Program-made: the position numbers and the translations under genes
Origin: an uncultured Spirochaetota bacterium
Lineage (GTDB): Bacteria > Spirochaetota > Spirochaetia > SZUA-6 > Fen-1364
NCBI GenBank assembly: GCA_963745235.1
Contig: CAVUXE010000008.1
Location: 1-57,717 of the forward strand
Direction of reading: 5' to 3'
Length of the DNA: 57,717 nucleotides
Part shown: positions 29,944 through 39,340 of the stretch, in pieces
Position numbering within the stretch: the first letter of the stretch is position 1
How the letters are laid out: each line of letters opens with the position of its first letter
Notes under the pieces: generated by a model
The model's input: only the letters and a program-made list of their open reading frames with translations
Told to the model about the DNA's origin: nothing
Databases searched by the model: none

Positions 29944-30672
29944 GTGAAAGTGATCACATTTGGCAGTCTGAAAGGTGGCGTCGGAAAAACTACCTGTGCC
30001 GCCTTTCTCGCACAGGCCCTCGCATCGAAAGGTGCGCGGGTCCTCGCGGCAGATATCGATGCCAATAACAACCTAACTGACTACTTCCTGCGTGACTCGG
30101 CACCCCAAGAGCTTGAGGCACGCAACGTTCGCCATGTACTTGCCGCCGGAATGAAGCCAATTGAGGCTGTACATCGGTCGGCTCTTGGCGTCGACGTGCT
30201 ACCAGCGACGCCGGCACTGCACTCTGTCGGCGTAGAACTAGCAAGCGATCCCGGGGCGCTCCTTCGATTCCCTGCAAACCTGCACCGGCTCGATTATGAC
30301 TTCATTATTATGGACAGCCCACCTGCCCTTGTTCTCGAGTTGCGTGCTGCACTTTATGCCGCGGATCTCGTGCTTGTGCCGATTGCATTCACTCGATGGA
30401 CTATTGCCGGTTTCCAGCTCTTGCGTCATGAGCTGCAGAAAGTTGTCGAGACAACAGGTGCAGAGCCAGTTCTGCGCGTAATCCCATCATGCGTAACGGA
30501 GAAAGAAGCCCAGCAGCTCCTCGGAATGGATGCCTGGTGCTCAACGCGAGCCGCGATACTGCGAAGCGGTGCCGTCAAGGCGGCGAGCACATCGGGACGT
30601 CCCCTGAAAACGGACTCGCGCTCATGGGCTGAGTTTCAAACTTTGGCAGATGAAATCGAGAGTATGAAATGA
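29944..30672 (+). CDS. parA: ParA/Soj-family ATPase
   Basis: KGGVGKTT deviant Walker A, DIDANNN, DFIIMDSPP. Confidence 0.9.
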   Translation: MKVITFGSLKGGVGKTTCAAFLAQALASKGARVLAADIDANNNLTDYFLRDSAPQELEARNVRHVLAAGMKPIEAVHRSALGVDVLPATPALHSVGVELASDPGALLRFPANLHRLDYDFIIMDSPPALVLELRAALYAADLVLVPIAFTRWTIAGFQLLRHELQKVVETTGAEPVLRVIPSCVTEKEAQQLLGMDAWCSTRAAILRSGAVKAASTSGRPLKTDSRSWAEFQTLADEIESMK

Positions 30673-31512
30673 GCAAAACACAACTCGAGGCAATCCGTGA
30701 CATGGCCGGCCGGGACTCGCTTCCGGAGGCGTCAAAGATCGAAAAGAGGAAACTCGAAGGGTTGGAACTGTCAGAGATTCAATACAAACCCCTGTCTTGG
30801 TTCAAACACAATCCGGAGAACGAAATCTTTACCAACCAGAAAAAAGCTGCATATTGGCAAGCCCTCGAACGCGATATCAGGGAGGCAGGAACGGTCCTCT
30901 CTCCGCTCATCGCGATGATGGACGGTCTGCTTATCGAAGGGGAAAGCCGCCTCACTATTGCAGGCAAACTTGAAGGAGAGGGGATCGCCGGCTTCGACCG
31001 CCTGCCCGTCCGCCAGGTCCTTTCAACCCTGACTCTCGAGGAACAAAGGAAACGGCTTTATCTTGGTAACCTTTCGCGATTTGAAATCGACGAGGATACC
31101 CGGGCCGCTCTCTATGCGCAAATCTGGCCCGATCTGACACATGAGGGAAAGCCCGGAAGAGTCTCGACCGGAAATACTGCAACCGTTGCAGTAAAACGCA
31201 CGGAGGCCGTCCGTGAACTCGCCAAGTGGAGCGGGGTTGAAAGAGCGACAGGCTTGGAATGAGGCCGGAGTTATAGCTGATGCTGCCAGAATCGCGAGAG
31301 AAGAAGGCGCGGAAGCGCCGAGGCCAGAGCATATTCGGAAGGCCAGAGAGAAACGGAACGCAGAGCGCAGAGTGAAGGCGAAGTCATCTGGTAATGTGAC
31401 CTTGCGTCTATCCTACACGGACGCAAAGCTGACTTTACGAATCTTGAAAAGGGCGGGGGCACGGCCAACCATTATCGAAGCGCTTGTTAGCGCAATTAAG
31501 ACCAGGCAGTAA
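30669..31512 (+). CDS. ParB-like partition protein (frameshift near 31245)
   Basis: HNPEN..F...LERDIRE.G...PL....GLLIEGESRL...NLSR; continues in ORF 31213-31512. Confidence 0.65.
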
Positions 31513-31699
31513 ACTTGTAGCCACGGTTTTACAGTGAACTGGGTGGAGGTGGATGTTGACCTATTTCTTCGTTGTCTCAGTAAATTTTTTGCTTGCAACA
31601 AATTAGAGCACTGTGGTATTCTCGGCAAAGACTGGGAGGTCAATAAGAGAAATCAATTAACTACTTAACACCGGGTCGTCGTTGAACGGCCATAAAATG

Positions 31700-31800
31700 C
31701 AAAACCCCCGAGACTCTCGGGGGTCATGCTTACAGCTTTATTGGTAGCTATTTTCAGACCTGGTAAATCCGAGAATAGCCGAATCCCCTGAAGCTGTCAA
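31700..31800 (-). ncRNA. candidate countertranscript (ctRNA) 1 with promoter and terminator
   Basis: TTGACA (31800-31795)-17 bp-TATTCT (31777-31772); about 65-nt transcript ending in an ACCCCCGAG/CTCGGGGGT hairpin + UUUU. Confidence 0.65.
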
Positions 31801-31823
31801 GCAAAAAAATTAGACGGTGAGGT

Positions 31824-32249
31824 TTGTCTTTGAACATGTGCATCGGGAGGGGAAGCTTGGACTGTTGCTTTTGTAGTCAAATATGCGCAGGGATAGGCGG
31901 CGACAGCGCTGTGTTCCTCCAAAACCTGATCTACTGGCGCCTCCATAACAAGGCAAACGGGAGAAGCCAGCGAAACTCTCGCACCTTAGATCTCTCTCGA
32001 AAGCTTTTCTCGTTCAGGTCGGTGAAGCAAATCAGAGGCATTATCACTTCCATGATTAAGCGGGGGTCATCATCAAAGGTGGCTTCAACGATCGGGCGGC
32101 TCACAGGCTTTCTGTTTCATAGATTTGGCCTTCCGGGAATTCTGAAAACGAAGGAGGCGTCACCGCAAGACGAAACCTATCAGGAGCGGTCTCCATTGCA
32201 TGAACACCATAAGGAGGTCAAAGCCGATATCAAACCCATAACAGAATAG
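31824..32249 (+). pseudogene. degenerate replication-initiator-like gene
   Basis: IGGDSAVFLQNLIYWRLHNKANG...LFSFRSVKQIR resembles phage/plasmid replisome-organiser N-termini; the remainder is decayed. Confidence 0.45.
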
Positions 32250-32279
32250 AGAAGGCTGCTCGTTGAGCAGCCTTAGCAA

Positions 32280-32382
32280 TGCAAAACCCCCGCTGATTTG
32301 CGGGGGCTGTGCTTGCGCCCTAAGGGGCAGCTGTTGTCGGATGTGGTAATCGGACAATAGCACAAACCCTCAAAAGCGTCAA
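32280..32382 (-). ncRNA. candidate countertranscript (ctRNA) 2 with promoter and terminator
   Basis: TTGACG (32382-32377)-17 bp-TATTGT (32359-32354); CCCCCGC/GCGGGGG hairpin + UUUU; homologous to copy 1. Confidence 0.65.
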
Positions 32383-32420
32383 GCAAAAAAATCAGCGCTT
32401 CTAGGTATGTCCTGAGCGCC

Positions 32421-33320
32421 ATGGCTCTGGAGGGGACCATGCAAAGTGATTCCGTTGGAGTAGAGCGTCGTCGTCTGCCTTTCACGCTCATCGAGAACAT
32501 CATCCTTGAGGACCAGGCACTCGGCCCGGTCGATATCCTGGTGTACTTGGCACTAGCCAAGCATGCGGACAGTGAGGGTACCTGTTGGCCTTCCATGGCA
32601 ACCATCGCCAAAGTGGCGCGTGTGTGCCGCTCAAAGGCCTTCCAGGCCATCAAGCACCTTGAGGCCCTGGGCTACCTCAAGCGCACCGCGCGCTTTCGCC
32701 CTGACGGAGGGGTGACCTCAAACGCCTACCAACTCATTCCAATCGAGGCAAGACGTTACCCCCCCGTCGCCCAGACCGACACCCCCTATCACTCAGACAA
32801 ACTCCCCCCCGTCCACCAGGTGGACACGAACTATATCCAATACGAACAAGACTCAAAGAAGGGGGCGGAGCTCAGTCGTTCCGGAGAGCCTCCCAGACTT
32901 CCCGCATCCCCCCCTTCTGCTGCGCAGCCCGAAGAAGAGGTGATCCGTGAGCTCTCCGATGTCCCAGGTCTCATTCATGACCGGCGATTTCGCGAGGGAG
33001 CTCGTCGACTCCTGGCTGAAGGCAGGTCAGCGGGGGAGATTGCACGGGCTGTGCGGATTGCTGCGGGGGATCCCCGGGAGCGCGGTGGACTGTCATTTAT
33101 AGCCGATCGTTTCCCGCGGTGGATTCGGAAGGCTTTAGAGCGAGACCGGCAGGAAAACCAATTGCGGCACCTTGCGGCTTCGCGGGGGGAACAGCGGGAA
33201 AGAGAGCGTGAGCAGGCTAAAGAGCGCGAGCGCCTTCTGCGGGAGCGAGAAGATCCGTACTGGCAGAGTCAGATTGAGGCAGCCATAGCGCAGCTGCCTT
33301 GGAGGAGGGTGAGGGTATGA
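32421..33320 (+). CDS. HTH_36-type replication initiator
   Basis: FTLIEN...LVYLALAKHAD...CWPSMATIA...AIKHLEALGYL...SNAY winged-HTH; internal repeats after the HTH. Confidence 0.75.
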   Translation: MALEGTMQSDSVGVERRRLPFTLIENIILEDQALGPVDILVYLALAKHADSEGTCWPSMATIAKVARVCRSKAFQAIKHLEALGYLKRTARFRPDGGVTSNAYQLIPIEARRYPPVAQTDTPYHSDKLPPVHQVDTNYIQYEQDSKKGAELSRSGEPPRLPASPPSAAQPEEEVIRELSDVPGLIHDRRFREGARRLLAEGRSAGEIARAVRIAAGDPRERGGLSFIADRFPRWIRKALERDRQENQLRHLAASRGEQREREREQAKERERLLREREDPYWQSQIEAAIAQLPWRRVRV

Positions 33321-33580
33321 GTGAGGAACTAAATACACGAACAATCGAGCTGTCGTGCGAGGAGTACGGCTTAGACGGAGACGGACTCTGTGAAGGGGAA
33401 GTGGCTTGTGAGTCAGAGCTCTCTTGGCGTTTTTCCTGTCTTGGGGTATGTGAAAGGGTCGCGATAGACCTCCGGGAAGCACGACGCCAGCGCGTGAGCG
33501 GTAGTCTTCGTAGCGGATCTCTCTGGGCTCAAAAGCGGTCAGGGACCGCGAGGGGAGGGGAGAGGGCGAAACCGGCATGA
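33317..33580 (+). CDS. hypothetical protein
   Basis: ATGA-coupled to rep. Confidence 0.4.
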   Translation: MSEELNTRTIELSCEEYGLDGDGLCEGEVACESELSWRFSCLGVCERVAIDLREARRQRVSGSLRSGSLWAQKRSGTARGGERAKPA

Positions 33581-33741
33581 ACGACGAGCAGCTGGAGTTT
33601 CCGGTGGTGCCTGGAAAGAGGGCGAAAAAGGCCAAACCAAATGATCTTGACTTTGAGGCCCACCTCCGCGGGCGTCATTTCGTGAATGTCATGTTAGGCA
33701 AGCCAAGGTTATATAACAGGGGAGGGGATCATGGCAGCTGA
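33577..33741 (+). CDS. small hypothetical protein (54 aa)
   Basis: MNDEQLEFPVVPGKRAKK...; ATGA-coupled; below the ORF-track cutoff. Confidence 0.35.
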   Translation: MNDEQLEFPVVPGKRAKKAKPNDLDFEAHLRGRHFVNVMLGKPRLYNRGGDHGS

Positions 33742-34064
33742 TGCGAGCAGGAAGGTCGTGGTGGTCCGAAAGAAGTCGGAAGCGCAGAAGGTGGAGGTGG
33801 TCGCTGGGCCAACGCCTGGCGAGCTCACGACAGCCCCCCATGGGAGTGGGCCCACAGAGAAACAGAGGGCGAGACGGAGGAGGCAGTCAGAGATCTGGCG
33901 GGAGGCGCACCCGGGGCTGCGGTATGTGCAATTTGTTGATCGACATCGAGCTTTGGGATCAATTTGTTGCCAGCTGCTGCGCTACGCACAGGCCAAACGT
34001 CGTTTTCACCCGCATGATCCGTGAGGCGGTGGTGCTATCAGAAAAAACCGAACCCGCGCCCTGA
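33731..34064 (+). CDS. hypothetical protein (probable frameshift near 33935)
   Basis: GGAGGGG RBS; two overlapping frames join plausibly at YVQF/LIDIELWDQF. Confidence 0.4.
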
Positions 34065-34454
34065 AGAAGCATGGATAGTGAGCCAAAGGTCCCCCTGGCA
34101 CGCGCCTTTTGGCTACGATGGTGATCTCGGGGGCGCTGAAAACTGCAAATAATTCGATTTCAGGCAAAGACTCCCTAAATTCGACTGAATAACGGCCCAC
34201 TCAAGAAAAAAGCGCCCCGAAAAGCGCGAAAAACCCGAAAAACAGGGAAAAAACGTTGACGAAGGGAAGGAGAAGATTTTACAGCAAGATAAGGGTATGG
34301 GCACTATGTATTATTTATTTCTTATATTATAAATATTTATATGATGCAAGAAATTAGTTTTTGTGGGTTATTGCACATACATTTATTCCTGTTCCTTGCC
34401 CCGTAAGGAGTTATGAGAAGTTAGATCAACAACAATTCAAAGGGAGGTACCTCT

Positions 34455-35039
34455 ATGTCCGGTAACGAAAATAGCCCAAAATCTCCCAAGCGCGGACGAC
34501 CAAAATCCAAAACCGTCGGGAGAATGGTCCGCTTTTATCTAACCTATGAGCTGGATAACAAAATGTACGAGTATCTCAAGTCTCACAACGATCAACGCTT
34601 CAACATGTCTCGGTCAGTGCTCATCCGGCGGGCACTTGCAAGGTATCTCAAGGAGGAGGAAACCTTCTGGCCGATCCTTTTCGAGCGCATGAACAACTAC
34701 ACTCAAGAGCTTAGGGAAGGAAACGCACACATAGCAATGCTTTGCAACCTTTTCACCCATTTTCTCGCATACCACTTTGTTGATTCCAGCTTGGTCGATC
34801 TTCCTCCTGTCCAGAAGAACGAAAGCCTTGCCAAGGCTTATCGCTTGATTGAAGGGTTTTCGAACTCCGTCAAAGACAGTTTGCAACGGGGCACCATATG
34901 GCATTTCGATCCCGAAAATATCAAGGAGCTCATTCTCGAGAACGCCAAGGAGCTTGGCCTTGAGGAAATGAATCAGCTGGCAGAAGAGAAGCGCGGGGCA
35001 CAAGCAAAACGTGATGCCGATCCGAACAGCAAAGGTTGA
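34455..35039 (+). CDS. RHH-domain protein (plasmid regulator / relaxosome accessory-like)
   Basis: KRGRPK then MVRFYLTYELD...MSRSVLIRRALARYL; GGAGG RBS. Confidence 0.65.
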   Translation: MSGNENSPKSPKRGRPKSKTVGRMVRFYLTYELDNKMYEYLKSHNDQRFNMSRSVLIRRALARYLKEEETFWPILFERMNNYTQELREGNAHIAMLCNLFTHFLAYHFVDSSLVDLPPVQKNESLAKAYRLIEGFSNSVKDSLQRGTIWHFDPENIKELILENAKELGLEEMNQLAEEKRGAQAKRDADPNSKG

Positions 35040-35233
35040 TATGGGCCATGGGGCGCTGGGCGAGCATCGTATAGGGGAGGGACGATGACAGAGATCGAGC
35101 TTTAAGGAGGTGCTTTTGGACTTTCCAAATTCTGAATAATAATCTATTATTACGAAGTGTGCCATAGCCACCCCTATGCAAAGGAGCCCACGATGCATTT
35201 CCCAGTTATAGGGGGCGCGGGGCCTGCGGCCCC

Positions 35234-36211
35234 GTGACAGCAGAGCTCACCGACCGCGTCGAGAAGACAGGAGCGCAGCGCGTAAAGGCAATCGTGCGCC
35301 ACCTCTCCCAGCACGCCCCGCGCCTGGCTGACCTCGACGAGGAGCAGCTGGAGCAGCTTGCGCGTGTGGTAGTGGCTGAAACCCTTAAGGACGAGCTACG
35401 CCAGGCCGCGGACCTGGAGCGGATCCCCTACGCCCAGGAGCGCGAGTGCTACCTGGAACGAGCGGGACGGGCAGGGTCAAAGCACACCAGGCTCGCGTAC
35501 CGCGCGGCCCTGGACCGCCTGGAAGCCTGGTGCGCCCCCAGGGGGCTTTCTCCCTTGGAGCTGATCCCTGCCTTGGCCGATGACTGGATCGAGAGCATGA
35601 AGGCCGAGGGCCTCGCTCCTTCCAGCGTCCACCTCATGGTGGCCGCCTCATCATCCTTTTGGACCTGGCTCGAGCGCCGTCACCGCGAGCTTCATAACCC
35701 CTTCCGCGGTACCAGGAGCCGTCCGCTCAAGAAGCCAGCCCGCAGGCTTCAGGTTCCCAGTGAGGGGGAGGTCAAACTCATCGAGAAGGCCGCCGGCGGA
35801 TGGCTGAGAGCGGCCGTGGTTGTAATGGCCAGGGTGGGCCTTCGCGCAGGGGCCCTGCCGTCGCTTTCGATCACGGGAAGCCACTTCACATGCATGAGCA
35901 AGGGCCGGGAACAGGTTGGCCTGATCCCCGAGGAGGCGAGGAAGGCGGTTGGGCGCGCCGGGCTGCCGCTACGCTCGCCGTTTGAGGGGAAGAAGGTCAA
36001 CAAGATCGAGGACGCGCTGAAGTATCTCACCAAGAAGCTCGAAGGGCAGGGGAGGATCCGAGGAGCGTACTCCGCCCACGACCTGCGTCATGCGTTTGCC
36101 GTTCGGCTTTACCGGCGGACGCACGACGTGTATGCGCTCAAGGGCGCCTTGGGACATGCTAACGTTGCGGTGACGGAGGCCTACCTACGAAGCTTGGGGC
36201 TTGAGCGGTAG
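35234..36211 (+). CDS. tyrosine recombinase (resolvase-like)
   Basis: GLRAG, SKG, SAHDLRHAFA, LGHANVAVTEAYL. Confidence 0.9.
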   Translation: MTAELTDRVEKTGAQRVKAIVRHLSQHAPRLADLDEEQLEQLARVVVAETLKDELRQAADLERIPYAQERECYLERAGRAGSKHTRLAYRAALDRLEAWCAPRGLSPLELIPALADDWIESMKAEGLAPSSVHLMVAASSSFWTWLERRHRELHNPFRGTRSRPLKKPARRLQVPSEGEVKLIEKAAGGWLRAAVVVMARVGLRAGALPSLSITGSHFTCMSKGREQVGLIPEEARKAVGRAGLPLRSPFEGKKVNKIEDALKYLTKKLEGQGRIRGAYSAHDLRHAFAVRLYRRTHDVYALKGALGHANVAVTEAYLRSLGLER

Positions 36212-36532
36212 CGCTGGGAGAGAGGATCCGGAAGGCTTCTGATTGGTATTCAAAACTTGCTATATGGAAACGCTTTCCCGAGCCCGACTTGGGGCGCTCA
36301 TGCGGCGTTTGTCCTCCCGACTGCGGATCTGTTTCTATTTGAACCACCAAATGTGACCTGTGTGTGCCATCGAAACAGACACGTTTGTGCAGTCACCGCG
36401 CCTTTTGGTGGTCGAAGCCGTCGAGAGAGTCTTGATCAGCGCGACGGCTCAGGGCGGCGTTCTTCGCGCCAGGAGCGCTTTTCGACGCCCAGGATTTCCT
36501 GGCGAACTCTCGCCCCCGACTTCTTGTCCTGA

Positions 36533-37162
36533 TCATGGGTCGCGCGGCAGGACCGCCACTCCTGCTTCCTGAGACCCGTTTACAAATGCCTGCCTGAGCT
36601 CTGCCGTTGTCTTCAGTTTCCAATGCCGGTTGTAATTCTCAAGCGAAGAAAAGCTGCGACTCCACATTCGGTCGATGTACAGCGTTCCGCGCAAATGGTC
36701 GATCTCGTGCTGCAGAATGCGCGCATACCAGCCCGTGGCCTCGATGCGCACCGACTGACCAAGATGATCCAAAGCCTCGACCCGCACGCGGCGAGCGCGC
36801 GGCACAATCCCGGTGAAACCGGGCAGGCTAAGACAACCTTCAAAGAAAGCAACTTCCGGCGGGGAGACGAAATGGATTCGAGGATTGATCAGAACATGAA
36901 ACGGAACCGGCCTGCGCTCGCGTTCCTCCAGGTCAGCACCTGAGAGATTGCCATGATATTCAGCCTTGTCCTCAATGATGGCGATCTGCAGCGGCTCACC
37001 GACCTGTGGGGCGGCGAGACCGACACCGGGAGCATCTGACAGCGTCTCGCGCATGTTCTCGATGAGGTCATGGATTCGCTGGCTGCGAATCTCCTCTGGC
37101 GTCAAGGGTCTCGCTTCGCCCCGTAATACCGGCTCTCCGACACTGGCAATCTTGATTCTCAT
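36533..37162 (-). CDS. def: peptide deformylase
   Basis: GVGLAAPQ, EGCLS, QHEIDHL. Confidence 0.95.
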   Translation of the reverse strand: MRIKIASVGEPVLRGEARPLTPEEIRSQRIHDLIENMRETLSDAPGVGLAAPQVGEPLQIAIIEDKAEYHGNLSGADLEERERRPVPFHVLINPRIHFVSPPEVAFFEGCLSLPGFTGIVPRARRVRVEALDHLGQSVRIEATGWYARILQHEIDHLRGTLYIDRMWSRSFSSLENYNRHWKLKTTAELRQAFVNGSQEAGVAVLPRDP

Positions 37163-37205
37163 CAGGTTTCCATGGTACTGGCTCAGCCCTCGACGCGACA
37201 ACTAT

Positions 37206-37288
37206 CCTGACACATGGGGATAGGGGAGAACCACCCGTTCCCATCCCGAACACGCGGAAGTTAAGCCCTGCCGCGCCGATGGTACTGC
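37206..37288 (+). pseudogene. partial 5S rRNA-like sequence (5' two-thirds only)
   Basis: CCACCCGTTCCCATCCCGAACAC(GC)GGAAGTTAAGCCC...CGCCGATGGTACTGC matches conserved 5S loop C to loop E; the 3' GGGAGAGTAGG part is absent. Confidence 0.75.
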
Positions 37289-37332
37289 CGCTCTATGGAC
37301 CGGGGGCAAATAAAAAACACGGCGATCTTCAG

Positions 37333-37621
37333 AAATTCAACTTCTGCATTTAGCCTTTGCCAACTCAGCAACAAACACTGCCAGTTTGTCGAATATCTGG
37401 TTCGAGCCTATATCCTCTCCCATCATCCCAGTGACTGCGTTTAAAAGTTAGCTTCGTCTGGCCACTTCCGATCTCCTCGAATGTCACCACATCGCGCACT
37501 TCAACATCATTGCCAAGCAGGACTTCCTTTCCCTCTACTCGCAGCAATTTCCCGTCGTCCGCAGGTTCAACTTTCCCATTCTTATCTGCGTAGAACAGAA
37601 CTGAGACGATCTTCTCGGGCG
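37333..37621 (-). repeat. degenerate duplicate of the 3' half of the SRPBCC gene (38181-38425) with an insertion
   Basis: Near-identical over about 245 bp; 43 nt (37514-37556) replace 1 nt. Confidence 0.9.
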
Positions 37622-37726
37622 TGAGCAGCCTCACGATGCGTTCGTAGTCGTCCCCACGGGGGCGCTCCCTTGATGCTTGACCATATTTTAAAATCGTGTC
37701 TGTCTAGGAGGCGAGGAGGTCTCAGA

Positions 37727-38161
37727 GTGAAGACCCTATCCAGGGATGCCATGGCGCTTTTGGTGACATTAGTCCTCAGCGTTCTGGTAATCATCCTCTT
37801 GACGCCTATCGGTTTCGAGACTCGCCCGCAGTCGGCTTTGAAGATCTTCGGTTACATCGCGATTGGTACGATTTTTACTGGTCTCGCCCTGTTCTTGTTG
37901 TCTATCGCTTTTCTCTTCTGGAGGGTTCGGTTAGCTTCGAGCCTTGCGATTATCGCTTCGATACTGTTCTTCTTTCCCTTTATCGGCGACCGAGCCGGAG
38001 CCTTCTTTTCGGTGCCGATTCCTAAGGCGATTAACATTCTCGAATACATCCTCGTAGTAGTGCAACTCGCCAATCTCATTCTCGCCTGGAGAGTCTACAG
38101 GAGGAGTACGGCGGCTTCAAAACAGCCGATGGATTCCGGGACGCCAACGCCGCAAAAATGA
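37727..38161 (+). CDS. membrane protein (about 4 TM)
   Basis: AGGAGG RBS before GTG; hydrophobic segments. Confidence 0.65.
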   Translation: MKTLSRDAMALLVTLVLSVLVIILLTPIGFETRPQSALKIFGYIAIGTIFTGLALFLLSIAFLFWRVRLASSLAIIASILFFFPFIGDRAGAFFSVPIPKAINILEYILVVVQLANLILAWRVYRRSTAASKQPMDSGTPTPQK

Positions 38162-38192
38162 GTACCTTCTTAAAGAAGATAAATTCAACTTC

Positions 38193-38669
38193 TCATTTAG
38201 CCTTTGCCAGCTCAGCAACAAACACTGCCAGTTTGTCGAATATCTGGTTCGAGCCTGTATCCTCTCCCTCATCCCAGTGACTGCGTTTGAAAGTTAGCTT
38301 CGTCTGGCCACTTCCGATCTCCTCGAATGTCACCACATCGCGCACTTCAACATCATTGCTGTCCGCAGGTTCAACTTTCCCATTCTTATCTGCGTAGAAC
38401 AGAACTGAGACGATCTTTTCGGGCGCTATGATCTCAGTGTATTCGCCGCCGCTCCAGAACTCCTGACCGTCAGGCGCTCTCATGCAAAAGAGGTACCGCC
38501 CTCCCACGCGAAGATCAATCTCGCAAGATGGCGAGGTAAAACCCTTCGGCCCCCACCATTGCATCACAAATCTTGGGTCAGTCCACGCCTTCCAAACCAA
38601 CTCGCGCGGGGCCTCAAAGATCCTGGTGATCACAAGATTGTGCAAAAGATTTGTTACGCGTTCAGCCAT
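38193..38669 (-). CDS. SRPBCC/AHSA1-family protein
   Basis: LVITRIFEAPRELVWKAWTDP...WWGP..F...IDLRVGG. Confidence 0.9.
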   Translation of the reverse strand: MAERVTNLLHNLVITRIFEAPRELVWKAWTDPRFVMQWWGPKGFTSPSCEIDLRVGGRYLFCMRAPDGQEFWSGGEYTEIIAPEKIVSVLFYADKNGKVEPADSNDVEVRDVVTFEEIGSGQTKLTFKRSHWDEGEDTGSNQIFDKLAVFVAELAKAK

Positions 38670-39003
38670 CTTTCACCTCAGTCTTCTTCATTTCCGTTAG
38701 AACCGCATCCAACTTGTCGAAACTCTCTTCCCAGAAGCGACGGTAATCAAGCGCCCAGTCGCTGACAGCCTTTATGGCTTCTGGCCTCAGCGTACACACG
38801 CTCTCCCGCCCATGCTTCGCTTTCTTCACAATCCGTGCGCGTACCAAATAAGCAATGTGTTTTGAGATCATCTGCTGCGAGAGTGCAAACGGATCAGTCA
38901 ATCCGTGAACGGACGCAGGACTTTGCGAGAGCCTCTTGATCATTGCCCGCCTGGTCGGGTCAGACAATGCCATAAATGTAGTTCCCAACGCATCCACAAC
39001 CAT
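38662..39003 (-). CDS. ArsR/SmtB-family regulator
   Basis: FMALSDPTRRAMI...SQQMISKHI..L..A.IV...GR; ACCATATGGT palindrome over the start. Confidence 0.9.
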   Translation of the reverse strand: MVVDALGTTFMALSDPTRRAMIKRLSQSPASVHGLTDPFALSQQMISKHIAYLVRARIVKKAKHGRESVCTLRPEAIKAVSDWALDYRRFWEESFDKLDAVLTEMKKTEVKDG

Positions 39004-39340
39004 ATGGTAGTGGATATTTCAACCAATGTCAAGTGTAAACTGATAGAGGAACTGTCATCCCGGCGCGGGCTGTGGTTTTCGTCCGACCGGGGCCGATAGT
39101 GCCGCGGCGGCCATGCGGTGTTCAAGCCACTGATCCTGCAAGCCCACAAGACAGTCGCAGCACATACGGTTCTACCCGTATCTGTGGCTTTTTCAGGCCT
39201 GATGGGCGCAGGGAGGAGGACTTTAGAGAGAGAACTGCATAATATAGTTGTTAGGTTTTTCTAGGCTCATCGATCTCCAGTATGTGTCATCGGCAAGGTC
39301 ATCTTTGACATCCCAAAGGACACGATAGAGGAGGGGAGCG

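Noticed and set aside
34328-34341. AT palindrome as Borrelia-type telomere resolution site
   Set aside because: Too short, lacks the TAGTATA-type box, and no telomere resolvase is seen
37206-37330. Functional 5S rRNA gene
   Set aside because: The 3' third and terminal helix are missing
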